DNA from: Patescibacteria group bacterium
GTDB taxonomy: Bacteria > Patescibacteriota > Patescibacteriia > UBA1558 > GWA2-36-10
Direction of reading: 5' to 3'
Assembly (NCBI GenBank): GCA_041665505.1
Contig: JBAYIR010000002.1
Span: forward strand, 75,602-139,601
Length of the DNA stretch: 64,000 nucleotides
Both the position numbers and the translations under genes were made by a program. The notes under the pieces were generated by a model. That model had not been told where the DNA came from and searched no databases. It saw nothing but the letters and a program-made list of their open reading frames with translations. Of the stretch, positions 1 through 9,919 are shown in pieces; the stretch's first letter is position 1, and each line of letters starts with the position of its first letter.

Positions 1-242
1 ATTATGAATATCTTTAGTATTCAAGTCTTTCAAGATTTCTTTGATTTGTTTTTTAACACCCGTAGTAGTAATAAAATAATCATAAGCCTCAGCCGTCACT
101 GCAAAACCATTAGGAATAGGCACACCTTTTTTACTGAGCTTAGAATACATCTCACCTAAAGAAGCATTTTTGCCACCCACACTAGGGACATCTTTAATAC
201 CAATTTCTTTAAACCACAAAATAAATTTTTTCTTTTTTGCCA
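1..242 (-). CDS. ppsA: Phosphoenolpyruvate synthase / PEP-utilising enzyme, N-terminal fragment; the gene continues beyond the window start.
   Basis: The minus-strand translation reads MAKKKKFILWFKEIGIKDVPSVGGKNASLGEMYSKLSKKGVPIPNGFAVTAEAYDYF. The GGKNASLGEM block is characteristic of the PpsA / PPDK N-terminal domain. The ATG lies at 242-240. Confidence 0.6.
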
Positions 243-333
243 TAATATTATTTATATTCTAAACCTCTGCCTAGCACTAGACAAAAAATTATAGAATTAA
301 TTTTAATATTTAATTTTTATATAAAACACGAAA

Positions 334-675
334 CTAAAACTTCATCTTCTTGGCATAGCGACCCAAAAATGGCATTTCCCAAAAATTACCACTAAGAGCA
401 TTTATTATTCCTAGTATAGCCAAAAACATAACTAAAGCCCCTAAGGCCCACCCAATAATTGGTACTGGGAAAAGCCAAGACAATAGTACTTCTGCCACAA
501 ACAATAACAAGCCCTGCTTGGCATGAAACTTTGCTAACTTAGATTTTCTTCTAAAAATTAATGGTACTAGACAAAGCACCCAAATATAGCTAAGAGCGGC
601 CATGGTACCATTTTCTTCTAAATCCTTGTCTGCCTGGCTAGATTCTTGGCCGGCAGATTGTTTATCTACTTCCAT
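334..675 (-). CDS. Small integral membrane protein, DUF4870/TM2-like.
   Basis: 113 aa with an acidic N-terminus followed by 2-3 hydrophobic helices (AALSYIWVLCLVPLIF...; LLLFVAEVLLSWLF...). It resembles DUF4870-type proteins. Confidence 0.4.
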   Translation of the reverse strand: MEVDKQSAGQESSQADKDLEENGTMAALSYIWVLCLVPLIFRRKSKLAKFHAKQGLLLFVAEVLLSWLFPVPIIGWALGALVMFLAILGIINALSGNFWEMPFLGRYAKKMKF

Positions 676-786
676 ATTATTTTTTGTCTCGAGCTAGACC
701 AGTACTGAGTGCGGCCAAAGTGTCGAGAAATTAATTACTTATCTAACTATATTATAAAGCAAAATGCAAAAATTTGATACTCCGCT

Positions 787-2829
787 CTAATTTTTAAATT
801 TTTTCAAGAGAATTAGTAAACAAATATAAAATACTATGGCTAAAATATAAGAAGATATAAAGCCAAAAAGAATAGAAACTAAGTAGAATAAGAAAAATCC
901 CAAAGCTACCCCCAGAGAGTCAATCATATAAGCGAATGGTAAATCTTTGCTTTTTATCTTAGCTATAGCTAGTGGGAAAAATATTCCCAAGACTAAAGCT
1001 GAGGGCACTAACCAGATAATAGTAAATAACAGTTTAATAAAGATATTTGCCCCCCAAGGTATAAACTCAGACAAAAATAAAGCTATTAGCAAAATTACTG
1101 GCGTAATATTGATATATTTTTTTAATTTGGCAAAATAATAATTACCTAGTGCGTAAGCAGTAAAAAATATTAATGAAAAAATTATAAAAGTCAAAATATA
1201 ATTGCCAAAAAAAGACCTCAATTTAGTGATAAAAAACAATTCACTAATTATCATAGCTGTTCCTAACAAGAAAAAGTAAAGTTTGGAACTTTTATTGCTA
1301 GCTGGGAAAATAAGTAGAGCTAAAAAGACGACAATAAATAACAAAAGAGCATAATAAATCCAAGTAGCTATATTGTCTGCCTCTGAAATATATAAAAATG
1401 GCTGATCATCTGTTATTTTTTCCGCCACTTGGAGTTCACCTTCATAAGGACGAAATATTTGCGTATCGGCATTATAAAATTTTCTTAAATCATTAAAACG
1501 AAATATATCTTTACTGACCGTCAGTATCAAACCCTGAAATGGTACCGGTAATTCGGTATAATATTCTCTTAAATCAAGTAAATAATTATCTGGCAGAGCA
1601 TCTATAGTTTTGGCTATGGGCATTTGGCCAGCGGTATGAATCAAAATCAATGCTCCATCTGTCTTCAAGGATTTAAGAGCCAAAGATAAACCCTCTTCGG
1701 TATAAAGATAATTTTCTACTTCAATAAAATCTTTGGCTTTAGCGGCAAAAGTATAATCTGTCCCTTCATAAATAATATAATCATATTTATCCTGAGTGCT
1801 TTCCAAAAATTCTCGACCATCGGCATTTTGAATATTAAATTTATTGTAAGCATTATTGTTATATTCACTAAAACGCCCCTTCATCAAATCAACTACCACT
1901 GGATCAAGCTCAACAGCTGTGACATTATTGTCATCACTAAATTGAGAAACACCCATGCCCCCACCCGCCCCAATCAGTAAAATATCACCCTTTAACTTAG
2001 GATAAAGTCGGCTCCTTAATTCAAAATCTTTATTTCTATCCTGACAAGTCATCCATTGCTGACCGTAGTTATAAACGCCAGCCACACAATCATCAAAAGC
2101 AAAAATATCTATTTTGACATAAGGCGACCAAGCAGAATAAACCCGCTCTGTCCCTTCTGTATTTGGCCAAAGTAGCATGCTTTTATTTCTAAAATTTTCC
2201 AAAGCTAAATCTATTGGCCAAGCAAATAAAATTCCAATCAAAATTGTTAAAAATATTAAAAATATTTTCTTCTTCAAAATAAAAGCTGAAAAAATAAAAA
2301 ATATTATAAAAAATAAAGCATTGGCCCCGATAAATTTTATAAAAAAATAAGCCAACACTTGCCCCAGAGCAAAACCAATAGTGTGATAAAAAACCAAATG
2401 GGCTATTTTACTTTGGGCAGCAATAAAAAATTGATAAATCTTGGCTATCAAAATACCCATTAGTATCATCGGCAGAGAAAGCAAAACAATAATATACAAA
2501 ATAGTTACTGGCCCAGCAAAAGATAATTCTGGTAAAAATCTAAGCAAAAAAACAAACACCAACAAAACACTAAATGCTGACAGAGAGGCTATTAATTTAA
2601 TTCTATTTTGCCTAATAAACTTACTTAAATAAGCCCCTAAACCTAAGGAGAATAAAGTCAGACTAACTATTATATTGACAATTAAAGTAATAGAATAAAA
2701 AGGACTGCCAATTGATAAATGCTTAATAATAGCCACCTGATAAATGGCGTTGGCTAGTCCTAGTATAAATATAAAAAACAAATAGTTTTTAATTTGTTTT
2801 TTATCTATATTTAACTTGTCTAAATCCAT
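787..2829 (-). CDS. Polytopic membrane protein with a central spermidine-synthase-like (class I SAM/dcSAM-binding) domain.
   Basis: 680 aa. Many TM helices flank a soluble domain containing GDILLIGAGGGMG...AVELDPVVVD, which is a spermidine/spermine synthase-like fold. Confidence 0.5.
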   Translation of the reverse strand: MDLDKLNIDKKQIKNYLFFIFILGLANAIYQVAIIKHLSIGSPFYSITLIVNIIVSLTLFSLGLGAYLSKFIRQNRIKLIASLSAFSVLLVFVFLLRFLPELSFAGPVTILYIIVLLSLPMILMGILIAKIYQFFIAAQSKIAHLVFYHTIGFALGQVLAYFFIKFIGANALFFIIFFIFSAFILKKKIFLIFLTILIGILFAWPIDLALENFRNKSMLLWPNTEGTERVYSAWSPYVKIDIFAFDDCVAGVYNYGQQWMTCQDRNKDFELRSRLYPKLKGDILLIGAGGGMGVSQFSDDNNVTAVELDPVVVDLMKGRFSEYNNNAYNKFNIQNADGREFLESTQDKYDYIIYEGTDYTFAAKAKDFIEVENYLYTEEGLSLALKSLKTDGALILIHTAGQMPIAKTIDALPDNYLLDLREYYTELPVPFQGLILTVSKDIFRFNDLRKFYNADTQIFRPYEGELQVAEKITDDQPFLYISEADNIATWIYYALLLFIVVFLALLIFPASNKSSKLYFFLLGTAMIISELFFITKLRSFFGNYILTFIIFSLIFFTAYALGNYYFAKLKKYINITPVILLIALFLSEFIPWGANIFIKLLFTIIWLVPSALVLGIFFPLAIAKIKSKDLPFAYMIDSLGVALGFFLFYLVSILFGFISSYILAIVFYICLLILLKKFKN

Positions 2830-2835
2830 GATTTT

Positions 2836-3420
2836 CTACTGAGTTTTATTTTTGGTCAACCTAATAAACAATATCCCCAAAAGACTAATCAAAAGTACCA
2901 CCCAAATTGGCTCTACCAAAAAATTAAGCCAAGCCCAAGCTGAGCGCACATAGATAATCTTTATTACTCCCAAAATAATTACTGCTGAAACAAAAGATAA
3001 TATTGTGGTAATAAACATCTTGTCAGTAGGCAAAAGCCACTTGAGGCGAGCTAAAACCAACCAGACTACTATTAGTACCAAACGCCAGAGCCAAGTAGAG
3101 AAAAAAATAAATTGTTCTGACCAATACATCTTTAGCCCAATTTGTCTAAGTAGTAATTCAGTCACCACAATAAAAACTAATAGCACAACAGATATTATAG
3201 TCCAAGAAAAATTAGCTTGCGCCTTTGGTTTAAGCTTAGCTATTTCCTGACGCAACTCAGCTTCTATCTCGTGTGAGCCAAAGTCAGCTACCCATATTTC
3301 ACTGGATTCCTGAAACTCCAAAGAGCTATCTTGTTCTACTTTATGTTTGGATTTTTTAAAAATCATAAGCTTTATATTAATGCCTCTATTATAGCAAAAT
3401 TCTAAGTATTTTAAAAACAC
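2836..3420 (-). CDS. Hypothetical membrane protein.
   Basis: 194 aa. A charged N-terminal half is followed by 3-4 hydrophobic helices. Confidence 0.45.
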   Translation of the reverse strand: MFLKYLEFCYNRGINIKLMIFKKSKHKVEQDSSLEFQESSEIWVADFGSHEIEAELRQEIAKLKPKAQANFSWTIISVVLLVFIVVTELLLRQIGLKMYWSEQFIFFSTWLWRLVLIVVWLVLARLKWLLPTDKMFITTILSFVSAVIILGVIKIIYVRSAWAWLNFLVEPIWVVLLISLLGILFIRLTKNKTQ

Positions 3421-3447
3421 CCCGGAATTACCCGGAGTGTTTTTTTA
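3413..3447. terminator. Bidirectional intrinsic terminator.
   Basis: A-run, then hairpin CACCCCGG-AATTAC-CCGGAGTG, then T-run. It sits downstream of the minus-strand secreted-protein gene. Confidence 0.6.
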
Positions 3448-3453
3448 TCTATT

Positions 3454-5391
3454 TTAGGGACGACAGACGAAATCACTGGCACACCAAGTGTTACTCTGAT
3501 AGTTACTAGAGTAAAGAGAGGCATCACTTAAGTCATGCACACCATCATCATTTCCGTCAAAAGTATCGACACACTCAGCAAATAAAGCTACATCTGATAA
3601 ATTTCTTAGCCCGTCGCCGTTATGGTCACAAATAGCTAGAGTACTTGTAGATGTCTGTTGAGTATTTTGGGCTTCTTCTGGCTCACACATAAAGCTATTA
3701 GTACACCAAGTGTTACTTTGATTATTAGCACCGTAAAGACTCAAGTCACTCAAATCATGCACGCCGTCGCCGTTGGCATCAAAAGTGCCAGCACACTCAG
3801 AAAATAAAGACACGTCTGTTAAATTTCTAACGCCGTCGCCGTTATGGTCACAGACTGCTAATAAAACTGGATCTGCTCCAGCGGCTAGCACAGTGACGTA
3901 CTCTGAATAAATATTATTTGTGTTATCTGATTCTTCCAGCTCACCATTGGCATTTACTTCCATTTCCAACCTTTTTTCACCTACTGATGTAAAATGACCT
4001 GTCCAAGTGATATAAGTAGTTTCACCTGGTCTGAGTGGATTGGTCTCTGAGGTGGTTGGTATACGACCTGGTAAAGGAGTAGTGGCAAAATCTTGAAAAT
4101 GTCTGGCACCACTTAAAATACCTTTGGTGTCAGTCAAAGTAACCTGACCGCTATTTTTAACATGAACTTTGATAGTCACTGTAGCATCTTTAGCTGGGTT
4201 ACTTGGTTCTAGTGAAATATCACTAACCATAATATCTGGTAGTAATGGATCATTAGTTCCTCGACATATTTTCATACGATAATTATGATCTTCAAAATAG
4301 GACCAAACTCTTCTGTTGCTTAATTTCCAATCAACATCATCTACTCCTGGTGTATACCATGGTGACCAATAGCCAGAAAACCATTGAATTTGGTATTTAT
4401 AAATTTCTGGATGAGCACTAGTATCTAAACCCAAATCTTGCCAATATTTTGTTCTCAGTGCTACTTTGTCTACTATCCGTGGATTAGAACAAGATGGGAT
4501 ATTATTATCACTATCATCATCTTCTTCGTCGCTAGGACAAGCCCCTTTGACATCGCCATGAGCTAAATGAGCAGCTAGAGCTCTACTAGAAACCTTGATA
4601 GTCTCACCATCTTCTTGATTAGCGACAGTAGGTTTATGACAAATAATCACTTTACTATCATCAGCACCAGGATCAAAAATAGCTATATCTTCTTCTTCAT
4701 TGACTACATCATCGCCGTCATTATAGATAGCCGGCATTTTTTTTACTTTTAAAGCATTTTTTCTATACAAACCATTAGGCCCAAAAGCTTCAATACTTAC
4801 TTTTCTCTTCTGACCATTTTCTATTATATAATAATCATCACTACCTTCTACTTGTACTAAGCTTTCTTCAGGTAAATTATTTTCTGATAATTCTTGCTCA
4901 TCAATTTTGTAGCTAACAGCAAAAACTCCTGGATCAATATCTAACACAATTTTATACCACTCGTCGCCATAGAATTTACGAGCCGTGGCTTCATTGGGAA
5001 TATAAAATACTTCACCATCTTTACCGACAGCGTAAACTTTGGCGGTATTACGATGAGTAATTAATTTGGTGCCTGGTTGAAATGTGACCGAACCACCGTC
5101 ACTATAATTATCTAGCACCTCCAGACTAACTGGCACCACTTTAGAAAAATCGTCATGCCAAGTATTAAAAGTTTTTTGATCTGGAAAAACATATTTTTTG
5201 CCGTCACTACCAATCTGATAGACAGCCGCTCCTTTAGCTCCTGCTTTAAGCAAGGTACCTACTTCGTAATTTGACTGTGAAGAAATAAGCTCTGGTTCTG
5301 GAGCTGCTCCCACATTATTAGAAGTAAAGCCTATTGTCAAAAACAAAACAGCTAAAGACAATAGCTTAATTAAATTCCTTTTCATTTTCAT
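3454..5391 (-). CDS. Secreted CARDB-domain protein with two tandem C-terminal dockerin-like Ca-binding modules.
   Basis: N-terminal signal peptide MKMKRNLIKLLSLAVLFLTIGF...VGA|A. A CARDB-like block reads NPLRPGETTYITW...EESDNTNN. Two ~74-aa repeats of CDHNGDG(V/L)RNL(T/S)DV.LF.EC..TFD.N.DGVHDLSD.SLY carry DxNxDG loops like dockerin type I. Confidence 0.6.
   Translation of the reverse strand: MKMKRNLIKLLSLAVLFLTIGFTSNNVGAAPEPELISSQSNYEVGTLLKAGAKGAAVYQIGSDGKKYVFPDQKTFNTWHDDFSKVVPVSLEVLDNYSDGGSVTFQPGTKLITHRNTAKVYAVGKDGEVFYIPNEATARKFYGDEWYKIVLDIDPGVFAVSYKIDEQELSENNLPEESLVQVEGSDDYYIIENGQKRKVSIEAFGPNGLYRKNALKVKKMPAIYNDGDDVVNEEEDIAIFDPGADDSKVIICHKPTVANQEDGETIKVSSRALAAHLAHGDVKGACPSDEEDDDSDNNIPSCSNPRIVDKVALRTKYWQDLGLDTSAHPEIYKYQIQWFSGYWSPWYTPGVDDVDWKLSNRRVWSYFEDHNYRMKICRGTNDPLLPDIMVSDISLEPSNPAKDATVTIKVHVKNSGQVTLTDTKGILSGARHFQDFATTPLPGRIPTTSETNPLRPGETTYITWTGHFTSVGEKRLEMEVNANGELEESDNTNNIYSEYVTVLAAGADPVLLAVCDHNGDGVRNLTDVSLFSECAGTFDANGDGVHDLSDLSLYGANNQSNTWCTNSFMCEPEEAQNTQQTSTSTLAICDHNGDGLRNLSDVALFAECVDTFDGNDDGVHDLSDASLYSSNYQSNTWCASDFVCRP
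3460..3900 (-). repeat. Intragenic tandem duplication of two ~222-bp units encoding the dockerin-like modules.
   Basis: ACACCAAGTGTTACT recurs at 3481 and 3703, and GCCGTTATGGTCACA recurs. The plus-strand alignment is colinear over roughly 190 bp. Confidence 0.75.
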
Positions 5392-5442
5392 AATGTTTTA
5401 ATTAATTATTTACTATCAATAGTATAGCATTTTTAACTTATT

Positions 5443-5472
5443 AAAAAAACCCCAATAAAATTTGGGGTTTTA
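5443..5472 (-). terminator. Intrinsic terminator of groESL.
   Basis: On the minus strand the hairpin AAAACCCC-N10-GGGGTTTT is followed by a T-run. Confidence 0.75.
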
Positions 5473-5482
5473 ATAAGTATTT

Positions 5483-7129
<1,647 letters not shown>

Positions 7130-7144
7130 TTAAAAATTTAAAAT

Positions 7145-7420
7145 TTATTCTACAATTGCCAATAAGTCATCGTGATTTAATATTTTATACTCCTGGCCAT
7201 CTATTTTTATTTCTGAGCCACCATACTCAGAAAAAACTACTTTTTGTCCAATAATTAATCCTAGTTTGGACACTTTTTCACCACTACCAATGGCCAAAAT
7301 TTTACCTTCCATCCGTGATTCTTTACTAACTGAATCTGGTAAAATAATACCGGCTTTAGTGGTTTCTGCTTTAGGTAGAGCTTGCACAATTACTCTATCT
7401 CCTAATGGTTTTAAGTTCAT
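7145..7420 (-). CDS. groS: Co-chaperonin GroES.
   Basis: 91 aa, MNLKPLGDRVIVQALPKAETTKAGIILPDS..., located immediately upstream of groL. Confidence 0.95.
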   Translation of the reverse strand: MNLKPLGDRVIVQALPKAETTKAGIILPDSVSKESRMEGKILAIGSGEKVSKLGLIIGQKVVFSEYGGSEIKIDGQEYKILNHDDLLAIVE

Positions 7421-7441
7421 ATTTTTTATTAAAAATTAATA

Positions 7442-7468
7442 TTAGCACTCATTACTTATGAGTGCTAA
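7442..7468 (-). promoter_or_regulatory. CIRCE operator (HrcA binding site) in the groESL leader.
   Basis: TTAGCACTC-N9(ATTACTTAT)-GAGTGCTAA matches the CIRCE consensus TTAGCACTC-N9-GAGTGCTAA exactly. Confidence 0.9.
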
Positions 7469-7469
7469 T

Positions 7470-7499
7470 ATCTTACAAAAATTTGTAACTACTGTCAAT
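7470..7499 (-). promoter_or_regulatory. Sigma-70-type promoter of groESL.
   Basis: On the minus strand TTGACA (7499-7494) is followed by a 18-nt spacer and TAAGAT (7475-7470), immediately upstream of CIRCE. Confidence 0.6.
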
Positions 7500-7536
7500 C
7501 CCGCCCTTAGAGAGGGTTTATATCAATAATCCTCTT

Positions 7537-8853
7537 TTAATTATGATGTTTATACATATTGACTAAGCCCACCGACATCAGTATCCAGCCAGTCCAAGAA
7601 GTCCAGAGATAATGATCAAATAAACCAATAATCACTAAGCCCAGCATCAAACTAGTGGACATAGTATCAATCTTATCGGCTGATTTTAAAATCCTTCTCA
7701 CCACATTAAAGACAAAAAAGGCTCCAATCAAACCAATCTCCGCTAGTAATAATATAAAGATGTCATGAATAGGCTGGACATTGTAGACTGGCTGATTAGG
7801 ATATTTATCAAAAGTAGCTAAAGTATTCATGCCTAAACCCTGACCAAAAAATATATTTTTATAATTATTCCAACCCAGCTGGCCCATAGTATCTACCCTT
7901 TCGCTAATAGATTTTTCTTCCAGTCGACCATTCATCTGAACACGAGCTGACCAAGCACCCGGAAACCAAGTATTAAAAGACCAAAAAACCAATATAAATA
8001 TCACCAAATATTTAGTGATAATAGTGACTGTCAGCCAATTTCTCTTGAATAAATTTATCAAAGCCACCGAGAATAAACTGAGTAGTAGAGCCAAAAGAGC
8101 GCTACGAGAAAAACTAGCTAAAAGACCATAAGTGCTAATTATTATTGCCAAAACTACAAAGATTAAATTCCAGAAATCTGGCTTTCTAAAAAATTTATTC
8201 CAAACATGTACTTGGTTCTTTTTATAAACATCAATCCAAAAATAAATACCAAAAAATATTACTACAAACAGAAAGCCGCCCAAAATATTAGGGTGAGGCA
8301 ATGAACCATAAGCCCGTAGTACTCTTTCATCGGCAATTTCTACTACTGAAGTACCCAGAGTAGATGGCAAATGCTCTGACATACCCAACCACTTGTTGGC
8401 TATCACTTTTTGAGTAAATAATTGATAAAGTGACAATGTGCCTTGAATCAAACCACTAAACAAAAAAGCTCGATAAACAAATACCTTAGGTAAAAACTTT
8501 ATCAAATAAGCAAAAAGAGCCGCACTATAAATCAAAAATAAATAGTAAAAAGAAACTAGTGGAGCTGGCGAACGGAAACTAAGGATTATAGAATAAATAA
8601 ATAAAATATAAAAAAACTTGGAACGAGAAAAACGGAGTTCTTTTTTATGAGAAGCAGCAAAAAATAAACCGGAGATAAATAAAACTATCGAGCTAGCATA
8701 AAGGCTCAGTCTACCATACTCCCAAAGCTCAATACCTAAGAGCCAATCATGGAAAAGCCATCTAGTTTGCCAAGGAATAAGCAAAACAAATAAAGCCAAA
8801 AAAAAGTAAAATAGCTGTCTGTAACTTTTTTCTTTTTTAAATTTTTCGAACAT
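7537..8853 (-). CDS. Polytopic membrane protein, O-antigen ligase/polymerase (Wzy_C)-like.
   Basis: 438 aa with at least 10 TM helices and a large periplasmic-type loop near the C-terminal third. The family assignment is tentative. Confidence 0.35.
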   Translation of the reverse strand: MFEKFKKEKSYRQLFYFFLALFVLLIPWQTRWLFHDWLLGIELWEYGRLSLYASSIVLFISGLFFAASHKKELRFSRSKFFYILFIYSIILSFRSPAPLVSFYYLFLIYSAALFAYLIKFLPKVFVYRAFLFSGLIQGTLSLYQLFTQKVIANKWLGMSEHLPSTLGTSVVEIADERVLRAYGSLPHPNILGGFLFVVIFFGIYFWIDVYKKNQVHVWNKFFRKPDFWNLIFVVLAIIISTYGLLASFSRSALLALLLSLFSVALINLFKRNWLTVTIITKYLVIFILVFWSFNTWFPGAWSARVQMNGRLEEKSISERVDTMGQLGWNNYKNIFFGQGLGMNTLATFDKYPNQPVYNVQPIHDIFILLLAEIGLIGAFFVFNVVRRILKSADKIDTMSTSLMLGLVIIGLFDHYLWTSWTGWILMSVGLVNMYKHHN

Positions 8854-8896
8854 AATATTATAATTTACCCTGTTAATATATTTAAAAAACTAAATT

Positions 8897-9865
8897 TTAA
8901 ATTTCTAATTTTTTTGTTAATTTATATACTTGCTCTTTCCATTTTTTGGTAAATAATTCCCGATTGTCATTGGAATAAAATTTGAGCATCCGCTCAGTAA
9001 CTATAACCCGAGTATCAATATTTATCAAAGCCTTGAGATTTTTATCAATAATCTTTATTTGTAAACCACGATAAAAATTATAAGACCAACGCCTGATAAT
9101 TGGTGGATTAAAAATAAAAGCTATTATTATATTTACAAATTTTGAGGCTCTAGTGGCTTTGACTTCTTGAGAAAATTGATTGGGATAAGTATTGGGTAAA
9201 TAATTTTTACACCAAAGATTGGCTTCCAAAAATTTTTCGTACAAAGCATCTGGATTATAAACTGGCATCAAAGTACTAATCCAATATGGATAATAAATAT
9301 CATCACTACCCATCCGACTATGCTCAATATTTAAATGATCTTCATCGACAAAAAAACTAAGACAAAAAGTATCTCCCTTATTACCCTCTTTTGGTCGCCT
9401 ACCCAAAAGTTTCACAATAAAGATAGTAAAAAACCTAGCTAGCCAAATAGTATTGCGCCGAGAAATAATAAACAAATCTATATCACTTTTCTCACTAGCA
9501 TTACTATAAGCCAAAGAATTACAAATCGCCACCAGCCTGACAAAAGGCACAAAACGATAAACCTTGGCCAAATAAACTACTTTACGAAATTTTCGTTCCG
9601 CTAGATTATTGTTTTGTTTACGCCTCAGATAGATATGATCTCTGCCTTTAATATAATAAAAACCCTCCTTAGTAGCTAGTTCTTTTTTTAAAATAAGGCT
9701 AGTCTTCAAAATATCTCTGACATCAGACAAAAGATATTTTTGCTGAGGCTTGTATAGCCACTTCAAAATCTCACTAGCTGTTAAAGGATAAGAAAAAATA
9801 TCAAAAAAAGCTATGGTTTTGAGAATTGATTTTTCTAAATCATTCATATCTATATAATACCTCAA
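8897..9865 (-). CDS. Hypothetical protein with a possible nucleotidyltransferase fold.
   Basis: 322 aa. NSLAYSNASEKSDIDLFII resembles the GS...D.D motif of Pol-beta-type nucleotidyltransferases. Confidence 0.3.
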   Translation of the reverse strand: MRYYIDMNDLEKSILKTIAFFDIFSYPLTASEILKWLYKPQQKYLLSDVRDILKTSLILKKELATKEGFYYIKGRDHIYLRRKQNNNLAERKFRKVVYLAKVYRFVPFVRLVAICNSLAYSNASEKSDIDLFIISRRNTIWLARFFTIFIVKLLGRRPKEGNKGDTFCLSFFVDEDHLNIEHSRMGSDDIYYPYWISTLMPVYNPDALYEKFLEANLWCKNYLPNTYPNQFSQEVKATRASKFVNIIIAFIFNPPIIRRWSYNFYRGLQIKIIDKNLKALINIDTRVIVTERMLKFYSNDNRELFTKKWKEQVYKLTKKLEI

Positions 9866-9919
9866 AAATATTGTTTTTTACAAGAAACAAAATTCCCCCA
9901 AATTAGGGGGAATTGTTTA

